Source: an uncultured Chloroflexia bacterium
Lineage (GTDB): Bacteria; Chloroflexota; Limnocylindria; Limnocylindrales; CSP1-4
Assembly (NCBI GenBank): GCA_963763075.1
Contig: CAVXNF010000006.1
Location: forward strand, 159,728-223,727
Direction of reading: 5' to 3'
DNA length: 64,000 bases
Of this stretch, positions 18,638-30,717 are shown piece by piece. Within the stretch, counting starts at the first letter, position 1. Each line of letters begins with the position of its first letter. Under the pieces are notes generated by a model that had not been told where the DNA came from, searched no databases, and saw only the letters and a list, made by a program, of their open reading frames with translations. Both the position numbers and the translations under genes were made by a program.

Positions 18638-19987
18638 TCAGGAGGCGACTCCCTCGGCGGCGAGCGTCTCGGCCCACCGGTCGGCGGCGGCGCGCAGCTC
18701 GCCCGCCAGGCCCGGCGCCATGCGCCCGCGGACGCGGACGTCGCGGTTGCCGTAGTCGAGGTCGACCGTGCCGCGCTCGCGGACCCGGGCCAGGAGCTCG
18801 CCCGCGGCGTACGGGACCGCCACGTCGACGGGCTCCCACATCGAGGCGAGCAGCACCGCGATCTCCGCGCGCAGCGTGTCGAGGCCGAAGCCCGTCTCCG
18901 CCGACACGAGGACGGAGCCCGTCACCGCGGGCGCCGGCAGCTCCCCGGTCAGGTTCGGGTACAGGAGGTCGGCCTTGTTGAACGCGGGGAGGCGCGGCTT
19001 GTCGCCGGCGCCGAGCTCGTCGAGGACGGTCTGGACCGTCGCGCGGTGCTCCTCCTGGTGCTCGTCCGAGGCGTCGACGACCTCGACCAGGACGTCGGCG
19101 CGGGTCACCTCCTCGAGGGTCGCGCGGAACGCGTCGACGAGCTGGTGCGGGAGCTTGTGGATGAAGCCCACGGTGTCGGTGACGATCGCCGTCTGCCCGT
19201 CGCCGAGCTTGACCTGGCGCGAGGTCGGGTCGAGGGTCGCGAACAGCTTGTCCTCGGCCTTGGCGACCTCGCTGCCGACGAGCGCGTTGAGGAGCGTCGA
19301 CTTGCCCGCGTTCGTGTAGCCGACGATCGCGACCGTCGGGTACAGGCGCCGGTCGCGGCCGCGCGCGGCGGTCTGCCGCTGCTGCTGGACGCTGTCGACC
19401 CGCTCCTTCATCTTCTTGATCCGGTTGCGGATGATCCGGCGGTCCGTCTCCAGCTGGGACTCGCCGGGACCGCGGGAGCCGATGCCGCCCTGGGTTCGCG
19501 AAAGGTGCGTCCACAGCCGGGTCAGGCGGGGCAGCTGGTACTCGAGCTGCGCGAGCTCCACCTGGAGCCGGCCCTCGTGGGTCTGCGCGTGGAGCGCGAA
19601 GATGTCGAGGATCAGCCGGCTGCGGTCGATGACCTTCGTGTTGAGCAGGCTCTCGAGGCTCTTCTGCTGGGCCGGGCTGAGCTCGTCGTCGGCGATCAGG
19701 ATGTCGAACCCGGTCTCGCTCTTCGCCTGGAGCAGCTCCTCGGCCTTGCCCTTGCCCACGTACCAGTTGGGGTCGACGTGACGGCGGTTCTGCCACTCGG
19801 CGCCCACCACGTCAGCGCCCGCCGTGGTCGCCAGCGCGGCGAGCTCGGTCAGGCTGTCCTCGGCGTGCCAGCCCTGGTCGTCGCCGGTGTCGACGGCGAG
19901 CAGGAAGGCCTTCTCGACGGGCGGGGCGAGGTCGATCGTCTCTCGGGAGCTCATGGGAGCCGTAGCATACCCGGCGGCCGCTTCCAA
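18638..19987 (-). CDS. hflX: GTPase HflX
   Basis: Intact ORF containing ...LILDIFALHAQTHEGRLQVELAQLEYQLPRL...GPGESQLETDRR...VAIVGYTNAGKSTLLNAL...DTVGFIHKLPHQLVDAF. The start is TTG 19987 or ATG 19954. Confidence 0.9.
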   Translation of the reverse strand: MEAAAGYATAPMSSRETIDLAPPVEKAFLLAVDTGDDQGWHAEDSLTELAALATTAGADVVGAEWQNRRHVDPNWYVGKGKAEELLQAKSETGFDILIADDELSPAQQKSLESLLNTKVIDRSRLILDIFALHAQTHEGRLQVELAQLEYQLPRLTRLWTHLSRTQGGIGSRGPGESQLETDRRIIRNRIKKMKERVDSVQQQRQTAARGRDRRLYPTVAIVGYTNAGKSTLLNALVGSEVAKAEDKLFATLDPTSRQVKLGDGQTAIVTDTVGFIHKLPHQLVDAFRATLEEVTRADVLVEVVDASDEHQEEHRATVQTVLDELGAGDKPRLPAFNKADLLYPNLTGELPAPAVTGSVLVSAETGFGLDTLRAEIAVLLASMWEPVDVAVPYAAGELLARVRERGTVDLDYGNRDVRVRGRMAPGLAGELRAAADRWAETLAAEGVAS

Positions 19988-20037
19988 ACCGCGATGGCGC
20001 CCCCGCTACCGCATCCCACGAGCCTTCGAGCCGGGCC

Positions 20038-20435
20038 CTACCCCCGGGCGTTGTCGTCGGTGCCGCCGAAGATGAACCCGGGCGTGCCGGCCGTGTTGGG
20101 CAGGTCCTTCATGCAGGCGTAGCCGTTGCCGTTCTTGTCGATCTCGTCCCACTGCGCGTTGCGCACGAAGTCCTCGATCGCCGCCCCGTCTGCGAACCCG
20201 AAGCTCTGCGCCCAGGCATCGAACTCGGCGCTGTAGTCGCTGCCGTCGTAGACCGGGATCCCCTCCTCCGCCCAGCCGGTGACGCTGCGATCCCACCACT
20301 CGTCGACATCCACGCGCCGGAGCTGCCCGGATGCCTCGGCCGGGCACGCGATACGGCGGTCCTCGCCGCAACGGGTGCCGCAACCACGGCGCTGAGCATG
20401 AGGACCGCAGCCGCGGCCAACGCGAGACGCTTCAT
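20038..20435 (-). CDS. Small secreted protein with an EF-hand-like DKNGNGY loop; one frame change near 20330
   Basis: The signal peptide MKRLALAAAAVLMLSAVVAAPVAA is in ORF 20109..20435. The mature part is in ORF 20038..20313 (...NAQWDEIDKNGNGYACMKDLPNTAGTPGFIFGGTDDN). Confidence 0.5.
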
Positions 20436-20508
20436 GGACCGATCCCTCCAGGCGCGGCGCCGGACGACGCCGCCTGTCAGTCGACGCCGTGCCCGGCGCC
20501 GGACACTC

Positions 20509-22643
20509 TCAGGAGCGCATCGGCATGCCGCGAACGTTCAATGGGCCGCCGGCCGCGCCACGAGCACGACGATGGACCGCGCGCGTCGACGCCGATACGA
20601 CGCACTCCGGCACCGGCGTGCCGCCGCGGTCGACCTCGATGTCGGACGGCGACGGAAGCGAGGTGTCGATGATCCGGGTCCAGCCGACCCCGTCGATGCC
20701 GGTGCCGGGGAGCTCGAACTCGAGCGGCTCCCAGTAGGCGTTGAACACGAGGTGGATCGAGCCCGCCGGGCGTCGGCTGGTCAGCGCGATGCTGCGCGAC
20801 CCGTCACTCGTGTCCGGCTGCCCCACGTGGACGCCGCTCCACTCGATCGCCGCGTCGCGCAGGATGTCGACGAGGCCGATGCCCGCGCCCTCGTTGAACA
20901 GCGGCACGAGGCGCCGCCGGAGGCGGATGAGCTCGCGGGTGAAGCGGTGCACGTCGGCGTGCCGCTCGACGTCCGACCAGTCGAACCACGCGAGCGCGTC
21001 GTCGTGGCAGTAGGCGTTGTTGTTGCCGCCCTGGGTGCGCCGGACCTCGTCGCCCATGAGCAGCATCGGGGCGCCCGAGGCGAGCAGCGTGAACACGAGC
21101 AGGTTCCGGATCTGCCGCGCGCGGAGCGCCTCGATCGCGGGATCGTCGGTCGGGCCCTCGACGCCGCAGTTCCAGCTCAGGTTCTGGTCGTTGCCGTCAC
21201 GGCCGTCCTCGCCGTTCGCCTCGTTGTGCTTGGCGTCGTACGAGACGAGGTCCTGGAGCGTGAACCCGTCGTGGCAGGTGACGAAGTTGACGCTCACCTG
21301 CGGGTCCCGGCCGCGCGGGCCGTAGATGTCCGGGCTGCCGAGGAACCGCAGCGCCGCCGCCTTGGCCTTGCCCGGATCGCTGCGGACGAACGCACGGACG
21401 TCGTCGCGGAACACGCCGTTCCACTCCGCCCAGCGATCGCCCACGAAGTTGCCGACCTCGTACAGGCCGCCCGCGTCCCATGCCTCGGCGATGAGCTTCG
21501 TGCCGGCGAGGACCGGGTCGGTCTCGATGTCCCACAGCGTCGGCGGGTTGGCCATCCGGCTGCCCAGCCTCGTCGCGCGACAGCACGGCGGCGAGGTCGA
21601 ACCGGAACCCGTCGACGTGCATCTCGCGCACCCAGTAGCGCAGGCTGTCGAGGATCATCCGGCGCACGATCGTGCCGTTCGCGTTGAGGGTGTTGCCGGT
21701 CCCGCTGGCGTCGACGTACGTCGAGCGGTCCGCGCCCAGCAGGTAGTACTCCTCGTTCGCAAAGCCCTTGAGGCTGAACGTCGGGCCGCCGGCGCCGCCC
21801 TCCGCCGTGTGGTTGTAGACGACGTCGAGGATCACCTCGAGACCCGCGCGGTGGAGCGCCTTCACGAGGTCGCGGAACTCGTCGAGCGGGCCCTGCCCGG
21901 CCGGGTTCGTCGCGTAGGCCGGGTGCGGCGCGAAGAACGAGACCGGCTGGTAGCCCCAGTAGTTGATCAGCCCGGCGGGCGCGGCGTACGGGTCGAACGC
22001 GAACACCGGCAGCAGCTCCACGGCGGTGACGCCGAGGTCGACGAGGTACGGGATCTGCTCGATGAACCCGCGGTACCGCCCTCGCCGGTCGTCGGCGACG
22101 CCGGAGCCCGGGTCCGCCGTGAAGCCCGCGACGTGGGCCTCGTAGATGATCGTGTCCCGGACCGATCGGCCGAGCGGGCGGTCACCCTCCCAGTCGTAGG
22201 CGCCGGGGTCCGTGACGACGCTCTTCATCGGGACCGGGTCGCCGGGGGCGCCGCCGTGGGACGCGGGCCGGTAGCCGTCCGGGATGGCGACCCCGGTGCC
22301 GTACGGGTCGAGCAGCACCTTCGTCGGGTCGAACCGCAGGCCGCGCTCCGGCGCCCACGGCCCGGTGACGCGGTACCCGTACAGCTGGCCCGGCGCGATG
22401 CCGCCGACGAGCGCGTGCCAGTAGGCGCCGGTGCGGTTCGTGGCGGGCGACAGCGTCGAGGACGCGGCTCGGGGATCGGTCCTCGGGCGTGTCGAACAGC
22501 AGCAGGTCGACGCCCGTCGCCCGCTTCGCGTACACGCTGACGTTGACGCCGTCCGGCGACCAGGTGGCCCCGAGCGGGTCCGGCGTCCCCGGCCCGATGA
22601 TCCTGGCGCCGGTGGCGGTCGAGGTGGTCGCGTCGGCAAGCAT
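20509..22643 (-). CDS. glgX: Glycogen debranching enzyme GlgX (GH13); about 3 frame changes
   Basis: The N-terminus MLADATT...PLGATWSPDGVNVSVYAKRATGVDLLLF is in ORF 22182..22799. The core YEAHVAGFT...INYWGYQPVSFFAP...LDVVYNHTAEGG...VDGFRFDLA is in ORF 21197..22639. The C-terminal half (...AEAWDAGGLY...VNFVTCHDGFTL...) is in ORF 20509..21555. Confidence 0.85.
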
Positions 22644-22675
22644 GCGGTCAGGCTCGGCGGCGGGCCGCGGCCGCG

Positions 22676-23675
22676 TCATCGTCCGCGAAGGTGAGGTGGG
22701 GCGCGCCGCGAGCCAGCGATCGACGAGCGCGAGGACGGCCGGGCCGCGGATCGGTCGGTCGCGTCGACCACGGCCAGCGCGGGCTCGCGCCGGAACCACG
22801 TCTTCTGGCGCTTGGCGAACTGCTCGTTGTGGAGCGCGTCGAGCGCGATCGCCTCGTCCAGCGTGCGCGTGCCGTCGAGGAACGCCCAGCTCTCGCGGTA
22901 GCCGATGGCCGAGAAGGCGGGCAGCGCCGGGTCGAAGCGGTCGCGCAGCGCCCGTGCCTCGTCGACGAGGCCGGCGTCGAACTGCTGTCGCGCGCGCTCG
23001 TGGATGCGCCGGCGGTGCTCGGCAGGCTCCACGACGAGCTGCACGCCGAGCGACGGGCGCCCCGTAGCCGAGTGGCTCGGGAAGCGGCCCGTCGCCGCGG
23101 AGCGTCGCGATCTCGAGCGCGCGGACGACGCGACGCGGGTTGCGGAGGTCGGTGCGGGCGGCGATCGACGGCGCGAGGGCCTGGAGGCTCGCCGCCAGCG
23201 CCTCGACCCCGTCGTCCGCGAGCGTCGCCTCCAGCTCCGGCGCGGACGGCCGGGTCGTGCGGCAGGGCGTCCGTGTCGATGCCCGCGGTCACGGCCCGCA
23301 GCCAGAACCCCGTGCCGCCGGCGAGGATCCCGACGCCGCCGCGGCCGCCCAGCGCCCGCAAGCGCATCGAGCGCGTGTGCCCGGAAGTCCGCGACCGTGT
23401 ACGGCTCGTCGGGATCCACGAGGTCGATGCCGTGATGGACGACGCGTGCCCGCTCCTCGGGCGTCGCCTTGGCCGTCCCGATGTCGAGGCCGCGGTACAC
23501 CTGCCGCGAATCGGCGGAGACGATCTCCGACGGGATGCCGCGGGCGGCCAGCCGCTCCGCGAGCTCGATGGCGAGGCCGGTCTTGCCGGTCGCGGTCGGC
23601 CCGCCGAGGACGATCAGCGGCGCCGGCGCGTCGTGCCCGGACGCCTCGCGCCCGGGCGCCTCGTCCGGGCTCAGG
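22676..23675 (-). CDS. miaA: tRNA dimethylallyltransferase MiaA; about 3 frame changes, start uncertain
   Basis: The sequence reads LIVLGGPTATGKTGLAIELAERL...EIVSADSRQVYRGLDIGTAKAT... (ORF 22676..24346 frame), then GILAGGTGFWLRAV (ORF 22648..23367), then ...AIGYRESWAFLDG...FAKRQKTWFRRE. Confidence 0.85.
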
Positions 23676-25321
23676 CGAGCGTGCCCCGGAGCGCGTACGG
23701 CCCGCCGTGCTCCACGCGGACCCGCACGAGCTCGCCGACCAGCGCCGGCGCGCCCGCGACGTGGACGAGCTTGCCCTCGCGCGACCGGCCGGCGAGGTGG
23801 GCGATGCCCTCGGGCAGGTGCGCGAACGCGTCGCGTGACTCGGTCGTGCCCGCGGCCTCGTCGTCGTCGTGGTCGTGGCTGCGCGGCGGGACGACGGTGT
23901 CGACGAGGACCTCCGTCTCGCGGCCGACCCACGCGCGGTTCCGCTCGAGCCCGATCCCCTCCTGCACGGCGAGCAGCTCGTTCAGCCGGCGGCGCTTCTC
24001 GGCGGCGGGCACGTCGTCGGCCATGCGGGTCGCCGGCGTCCCGGGCCGCTCGCTGTAGGCCGCGGCGAACACCTGGTCGTAGCGGACGGTCTCGAGCAGC
24101 CGGAGCGTCGCCTCGTACTCGGCCTCGGTCTCGCCGCAGAAGCCGACGATGACGTCCGTCGACAGCGCGAGCCCGGGCACGGCCGCGCGGAGCGCCGCGA
24201 GCCGCTCGAGGTAGTGCTCGATCGTGTACTGGCGGCCCATCCGGCGGAGCATGGAGTCGGAGCCCGACTGGACCGGCAGGTGGAGCGCCTCGCACACCGA
24301 CGGGCAGTCGCGCAGCGCCTCGATCAGGCGGTCGGACAGGTCCCACGGGTGCGAGGTGACGAACCGCAGCCGCGGGATCGCGGGCGCGCCGTCGGCGGTC
24401 CGCAGCCCGTCGATGGCTCGGATCAGCTCGGCCAGGTCGGGGCGGGCGTCGCGGTCCTGGTGCCGCCCCACCGTGCGCTCGGTGTGGACGTGCGCGAAGC
24501 GCGGCTCGGGCGCGAGGTCGTGGCCGTAGGAGTTCACGTTCTGGCCGAGGAGCGTGACCTCGCGGTAGCCGGCCGCGCCGAGGGCCCGTGCCTCATCGAC
24601 GATCTCGTCGAACGGCCGGCTCCGCTCCGGGCCGCGGCTGAACGGCACGATGCAGTAGGTGCAGGTCTTGTCGCAGCCGTAGATGATCGGCAGCCAGGCG
24701 CTGATCGCCGAGCCGCGGCTCACCGCGCCGCCCGCGATCGCATCGGCGCGGGCCCGCACGAGGTGCGTCGCGTCGGAGACGGGAGCGCCCTTGACGAGCG
24801 TCGTGGCGGCGGTCGTCGCCGACGCGCCCACGGGTGCCTGCGCCGAGGCGAGGCCCAGCCGGTCGACGAGCTCCGGCTCCTCGTCCGGCCGCAGGAACAG
24901 GTCCACCGCGGGATAGCGGCGCTTGAGCCCGGTCCGGTTCGATTCGCGCACCGAGCAGCCGGTCATCACGACCCGCATCGACGGGTTGGCGGCCTTGAGC
25001 CGGTTGAGGTGGCCCTGGCGCCCGATCACCTTCGCCTCGGCCGCCTCGCGGATCGCGCAGGTGTTGATCACGACGACGTCCGCAGCGTCCATCGACGGCG
25101 CCTCGGCGCAGCCCGCCGCGAGCAGCCGCCCGGCCATCTCCTCGGAGTCGCTCTTGTTCATCTGGCAGCCGAGCGTCCAGACGAAGAACGCGGGCAGGGC
25201 GCGCGGCTCGGGCCGGAACTCCTCGAGGCGGGCGTCGTCGGGCGCGAACGGGTCGACGCGGCCCGGCCGGACCGGGTGCCGGCGGCGCGATGTCGAGGAC
25301 GGGGAGGCTGCGAATCGTCAT
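23671..25321 (-). CDS. miaB: tRNA-i6A37 methylthiotransferase MiaB; one frame change near 25255
   Basis: ORF 23671..25161 has the radical-SAM motif GCDKTCTYCIVPFSRG. The true N-terminus (MTIRSL... then FFVWTLGCQMNKSDSEEMAG) begins at ATG 25321 in another frame. Confidence 0.9.
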
Positions 25322-25389
25322 GCGCTGGTGATGGTAGTGCCTGTCGTCATCGCCTTCCGCGAGAGGGCCCGTACCCATACCCTCTGCAT

Positions 25390-26163
25390 ATGGAACTGCT
25401 CACCAATCCCGAGGCCTGGATCGCGCTCGTTTCCCTCACGCTCATGGAGATCGTGCTGGGGATCGACAACGTCGTCTTCATCTCGGTCCTCGTCCAGCGC
25501 CTCCCCGCCGCCCAGCGTGACCGGGCGCGGACGATCGGCCTGGGGCTCGCGATGGGCATGCGGATCCTGCTGTTGCTGTCGATCTCCTGGATCGTCGGGC
25601 TGACGGCGCCGGTGTTCACGATCGCCGGGAACGAGTTCTCGTGGCGCGACATCATCCTCATCGTCGGCGGCCTGTTCCTGATCTGGAAGGCGACGACGGA
25701 GATCCACGAGGCGCTCGAGGGCGAAGGGCCGCACCAGCGCGACGTCAAGGTGGCGACGATGCGGGGCGTGCTGTTCCAGATCGTGCTGCTCGACATCGTC
25801 TTCTCGCTGGACTCGGTGCTCACCGCGGTCGGCATGTCCAACGAGATCGTGATCATGGTGGCGGCGGTCGTGATCGCCGTCGGCGTGATGCTGTTCGCCT
25901 CGGGGCCGATCTCGCACTTCGTCCACGACCACCCGACGGTCAAGATGCTCGCGCTCTCGTTCCTGCTGCTGATCGGCGTGACGCTCATCGCCGACGGCTT
26001 CGGCCTCCACGTCGAGAAGGCGTTCGTGTACGCGGCGATGGGGTTCTCGGTGTTCGTCGAGATCCTCAATCTCGTCGCGGCGCGGCGGCGGCACCAGCCG
26101 CCCACGCCCGTCGAGCTCCATCCGACGTTCGTGAAGGACGCGCAGGCCGCCACGGAGGGCTGA
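25390..26163 (+). CDS. TerC-family integral membrane protein
   Basis: It uses the ATG at 25390 inside long ORF 23869..26163. The sequence MELLTNPEAWIALVSLTLMEIVLGIDNVVFISVLVQRLP...IVLLDIVFSLDSVLTAVGM matches the family, and the ORF is intact. Confidence 0.85.
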   Translation: MELLTNPEAWIALVSLTLMEIVLGIDNVVFISVLVQRLPAAQRDRARTIGLGLAMGMRILLLLSISWIVGLTAPVFTIAGNEFSWRDIILIVGGLFLIWKATTEIHEALEGEGPHQRDVKVATMRGVLFQIVLLDIVFSLDSVLTAVGMSNEIVIMVAAVVIAVGVMLFASGPISHFVHDHPTVKMLALSFLLLIGVTLIADGFGLHVEKAFVYAAMGFSVFVEILNLVAARRRHQPPTPVELHPTFVKDAQAATEG

Positions 26164-26191
26164 CCCGGGCGACGCCGGCGAGTGCTGCGGG

Positions 26192-27129
26192 CTACGCGCC
26201 CGCCCTGGTGCTCGCCAGCCGCGTGCGGAGGCCGGCAACCAGCGCGTCCGGCATCACGAGGCCGGCATGCGCCTCGGCGTACGGGCCCGGTGTCGCCGTG
26301 GTAGTCCGTGCCGCCGGTCTCGACGAGGCCGAGCGCCCGCGCCGTGGCGCCGATCTGCTCGCCGGGCCTCGGCGTCGAACGAGCGGTGGTGGGTCTCGAG
26401 GCCGTCGAGCCCCTCGGCGATGAGGTCGCGCAGGAGCGAGATGCGGTCGGGCGCCTGCCAGAAGTGCGCGAGCGACGCGAGGCCGCCCGCGGCGCGGATC
26501 GCGTGGATCGCCTCGACCGGCGCGAGACCCGTCCGCGGCACGTAGCCCGGCTGGCCGTGCGACAGGAGCCGCCGGAACGCGTCCTCGACGCTCTCGGCGA
26601 ACCCGGCCGTGACGAGGGCGCGGGCGACGGTCGGGCGGCCGAGCGCGTCGTCCGCGGTGAGGTCGAGGGCCGCGACCTGGGCGTCGATCGGCAGCCCGAT
26701 CTCGCGCAGCCGCTCGACGGTCGCGTGGAAGCGGGTCCGGCGGGCGCCGCGCTGGCTCGCGAGCGCGGCCTCGAACGCCTCGTCCGTCGGGTCGACGCCG
26801 ATCCCCAGCACGTGGAGCTCGCCCTCGAACAGGTCGAGGCCGAGGCCCCGCGTCACGGCGTTGATCTCGACCGCCGGGACGAGCGTCAGGTCGGCGGGGA
26901 GCGGCGCCGCGCCGGGCGCGACCAGCTCCCGGTACCCGGCGAGGTTGTCGTGGTCGGCGACGGCGAACAGCCGGATCCCGGCGTCGTACGCCTGGCGGAC
27001 GAGCTCGGCGGGCTCGAGGACGCCGTCGGAGCGGGTCGAGTGGGCGTGGACGTCGCGACCGCGTCGCCGGGCGTGAACGGCTCGCCGTCCTCGGGTCGCG
27101 GCGCGTGGCGCGCGAGCCGGATGCGCCAT
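26192..27129 (-). CDS. PHP-domain phosphoesterase (TrpH/YciV-like); about 2 frame changes
   Basis: The sequence [40 protein letters not shown]...VEINA is in ORF 26254..27321. The C-terminus (...[22 protein letters not shown]-like) is in the frame of ORF 26192. Its ATG overlaps the ymdB stop (ATGA at 27127-27131). Confidence 0.75.
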
Positions 27130-27913
27130 CAGACCTCGACGAGGCGCTGGATCCGCTCGATCTGGAGCGCGCGGCCGGTCGCGGGGTCGATGTCGATCTG
27201 GCAGGCGTTGAGCACGACCGGGCCCATCGCCCACCTCGAACCGCGTCGGCAGCGCGTTGACGAAGCGCGGCAGGACGGTGTCCGGGTTGAAGCCGATGAC
27301 GCTCGACACGGGCCCGGTCATGCCCGAGGTCGGTCAGGTACGCCGTGCCCTTGGGCAGGATCCGCTCGTCGCCGGTGACGACGTGGGTGTGCGTGCCCAC
27401 GACGACGCTCACCCGCCCGTCGAGGTACAGCCCGAGGGCGTTCTTCTCGCGACGTGAGCTCGCAGTGGAAGTCGACGAGCCGGATCGGCGGCAGCGGCTC
27501 GCTCGCCTCGTCGAGCAGCCGGTCGGCCTCGGTGAACGGGTTCTCGATCGGCTGCATGTAGGTCCGGCCCTGGAGGTTGATGACCGCGAGCTCGGTGCCG
27601 TCGAGCGCCTGGTAGGTGCCCCAGCCGCGGCCCGGGACGCTCGTGCGTGCCGTAGTTGAGCGGCCGCAGGACGCGCTCGCTGCTGTCGAGGAACGGGTAG
27701 ATCTCGCGCTTGTCCCAGATGTGGTTGCCGCTCGTGATGACGTCGACGCCGGCGTCGAACAGCGCCTCGGCGGTGGAGACGTGAGGCCCATGCCGCCGGC
27801 GAGGTTCTCGCCGTTCGCGGTGACGAAGTCGATGCCCGCGCTCCTCGCGGATGCCGCGGCAGCGTCTGCTCGACGGCCACGCGGCCGGGCTTGCCGATGA
27901 CGTCGCCGATCAT
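27129..27913 (-). CDS. ymdB: YmdB-type metallophosphoesterase (TIGR00282 family, 2',3'-cyclic-nucleotide phosphodiesterase); at least 4 frame changes
   Basis: The pieces are [18 protein letters not shown]..., ...[16 protein letters not shown]..., ...[19 protein letters not shown]...VDFH... and the C-terminal [31 protein letters not shown]. Confidence 0.8.
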
Positions 27914-28073
27914 GAGGACCCGGCAGGCGCCGGGCGGGCGGGGCGCGTCGCCGTTCGGCGGGTTGCCCAGCCGCGTTCGCCCGATGTTGTCGACCACGGC
28001 CCGAGTCTACCGGCTCGCCGTCACGGCCCCGGCATCGCCGCACGGCGCGTCCGCGTGGCCGGCCGCCCGTTCC

Positions 28074-29599
28074 CTACTTCGCGTACTCGACGGCGCGCGT
28101 CTCGCGGATGACCGTGACCTTGATCTGGCCCGGGTAGGTCAGGGTCTCCTCGATCTTCTTGACGATGTCGCGCGCGAGCCGGGTCGCGGTGAGGTCGTCG
28201 ATCTCCTCGGGGCGGACGAGGATCCGCACCTCGCGGCCGGCCTGGACGGCGAACGAGCGCTCGACGCCGGCGAAGCTCTCGGCGATCGCCTGGAGGTCCT
28301 CGAGGCGCTTGACGTAGGTCTCCATCGTCTCGCCGCGGGCGCCCGGGCGCGACGCGCTGATCGCGTCGGCGATCTGGACGATCGGCGCCTCGATGCAGGC
28401 GTACTCGACCTCCTGGTGGTGGGCGGCGATCCCGTTCACGACCTTGCATCGGCAGGTTGTGCTTCTGGGCGATCTGCGCGCCGATGGCGGCGTGCGGCCC
28501 CTCGACCTCGTGGTCGACCGCCTTGCCGATGTCGTGCAGCAGGCCGCCCATCTTGGCGGCCTGGACGTCGGCGCCGAGCTCGGCGGCGATGATCGCGGCG
28601 AGGCGGCTCGTCTCGACGCCGTGGACGAGCACGTTCTGGCCGTAGCTGGTGCGGTACTTGAGCCGGCCGAGCAGCTTGAGCAGGTCGGGCGGCAGGCCGG
28701 GGACGCCGGCGTCGTAGCGCGGCCTGCTCGCCGGCCTGGCGGATGACGAGGTCGACCTCGGCGCGGGCCTTGGCGACGACCTCCTCGATGCGGCCCGGGA
28801 TGGATGCGGCCGTCGGCGATGAGCTTCGTGAGCGCGATGCGGGCGACCTCGCGGCGGACCGGGTCGAAGCCCGAGAGCACGACCGTCTCGGGCGTGTCGT
28901 CGATGATCAGGTCGATGCCGGTCGCCTGCTCGAGGGCCCGGATGTTGCGGCCCTCGCGGCCGATGATCCGGCCCTTCATCTCGTCGCTGGGCAGGTGGAC
29001 GACCGTGACGGTGTGCTCGGCGGTGTGGTCGGCGGCGACGCGCTGCATCGCGGTCACGATGATGTCGCGGGCCTTCTCCTGGCCTCGTCGCGGGCCGTCG
29101 CTCGATCGAGCGGGCGAGCTTGACCGCGTCGTGCTCGGCCTCCTCGCGGATGGCCTCGAGGAGGATGCCCTTGGCGTCCTCGGCGGACAGGCCGCTGACC
29201 TGTTCGAGGGCCGCGACCCGCTCCTGGTTGAGCTTGGCGAGCTCCTCGCGCTCGTGCTCGAGGTCGCGCTCGCGGTCGATGAGCTTGCGGCTCCTCTCCT
29301 CGAGCATGTCGGCGCGCTGGTCGAGCTGCTCGTCGCGGGGGAGCAGGCGGCGCTCGAGGTTCTGGAGCTCCGTCCGCGCTGGCGCGCCTCCTCCTCGGCC
29401 TCGCGCTGCAGGCGGAGCTTCTCGTCCTTCGCCTCGAGGATCAGGTCCTTCTGCTGGGTCCGCGCTCGGCGACGATCCGGGCGGCCTTCTCCTGGGCGGC
29501 CTTGATGGTCTGGCTGGCAACGACGCCGCGGGCGACGAATCCAACGGCCACGCCGATGACCGCGGCGACCACCGCCGCGATCAAGACGATCGGTTCCAT
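28074..29599 (-). CDS. rny: Ribonuclease Y; about 6 frame changes
   Basis: The N-terminal TM segment [21 protein letters not shown] starts at ATG 29599 behind a GGAGGGGAGGAA SD. The KH region is [55 protein letters not shown]. The HD region is [12 protein letters not shown]...GIAAHH, and the C-terminus is ...[20 protein letters not shown]. Confidence 0.9.
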
Positions 29600-29868
29600 C
29601 TTCAGTTCCTCCCCTCCGGACGAATTGCGCGCCGGAGGCGTTGTCGAATCAGTAGCGGGCGACGCGGCGCCGGTCTTCGCGTGGGCTCGGGAGCGGGCAG
29701 GTCAGTTGGGCTCTTCCCGCTCTCATCCGGTGCTGCGGCTCGCCCGGAAGCGGCCTCGAGGGTCCGCATCCGGTTGATCGGCACAGCCTACTACGGCGGC
29801 ACCGAATCCGACGGGTCGCCGTCCTGACACCGGACCGGCTCCCGAGCACGCGCGGTACCGTCGTCGGC

Positions 29869-30703
29869 GTGGGCACCCTGGAGCGAGCGGTTCATCGGCT
29901 GATCGATGATTCCGGTGCCGCATCGGTCGCCGTCGTGGCGGTCCCGCCTCGACCGGCGGGCCGGCGGCGCTCGCGATCGAGCCCGACCTGGTGTTCCACG
30001 CGGCGTCGACGATGAAGGTCCCCGTGCTCGTCGAGCTGGAACGGATCGCGGCAGCGGGCGAGCTCGGCCTCGACGACACGCTCGTCGTCCACAACGCGTT
30101 CCGGTCGCTCGCGGACGGGTCGTCGTACGTCCTCGATCCGGCCGACGATTCCGAGATGCGCCTCTACGAGCGCGAGGGCGAGCGGGTCACGCTCCGGGAG
30201 CTCGTCGTGCTCGCCATCACGGAGTCCAGCAACCTCGCGACGAACCTGCTCGTGGACCGGCTCGGCGCCGAGCGCATCAACGCGACGATGGCGGACCTGG
30301 GCGCGTCGACGCTCGTCGTGCGGCGGGGCGTCGAGGACGATGCGGCGTGGCGGGCGGGCCTGAACAACACCGTCACGGCCGGCGGGCTCGCGACGCTCCT
30401 GCTGGCGATCGCCCGTGGCGAGGCCGTGTCACCCGCGGCGTGCGAGGCGATGCTCGCGATCCTCCGCGCCCAGGCGTTCAACGAGGGGATCCCGGCCGGG
30501 CATCCCGGCGGGCGTGGTCGTCGCCCACAAGACCGGATCGATCACGGACCTCTACCACGACGCCGCTCGTGGAGCCGCCGGGCGCAGTCCCGTACGTGCT
30601 CGTCGTGCTGACCCAGGGGCTCGAGGAGACCCGGGTCGCGCCGGCGCTCGTCGCCTCGATCGCCCGCGAGGTGCACGCGGTGCTCGGCACGCCCGCCGCC
30701 TGA
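29869..30703 (+). CDS. Class A beta-lactamase-related serine hydrolase (no obvious signal peptide); about 3 frame changes
   Basis: It carries the SxxK motif (AASTMKV), SxN (TESSNLATN) and KTG (VAHKTGS), spread over ORFs 29991..30611, 30415..31752 and 29906..30703. The probable GTG start is near 29869. Confidence 0.7.
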
Positions 30704-30717
30704 CGGTCCGGCCGGCG

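Noticed and set aside
18131-20122. A 663-aa ORF on the plus strand.
   Set aside because: It is antisense to the intact hflX gene and is a low-complexity Arg/Gly/Leu/Asp shadow.
25322-25389. A possible yybP-ykoY (Mn) riboswitch in front of the TerC-family gene.
   Set aside because: Only 68 nt separate the divergent miaB and TerC-family start codons. That is too short for the roughly 100+ nt four-helix element plus promoters, and I saw no conserved core.
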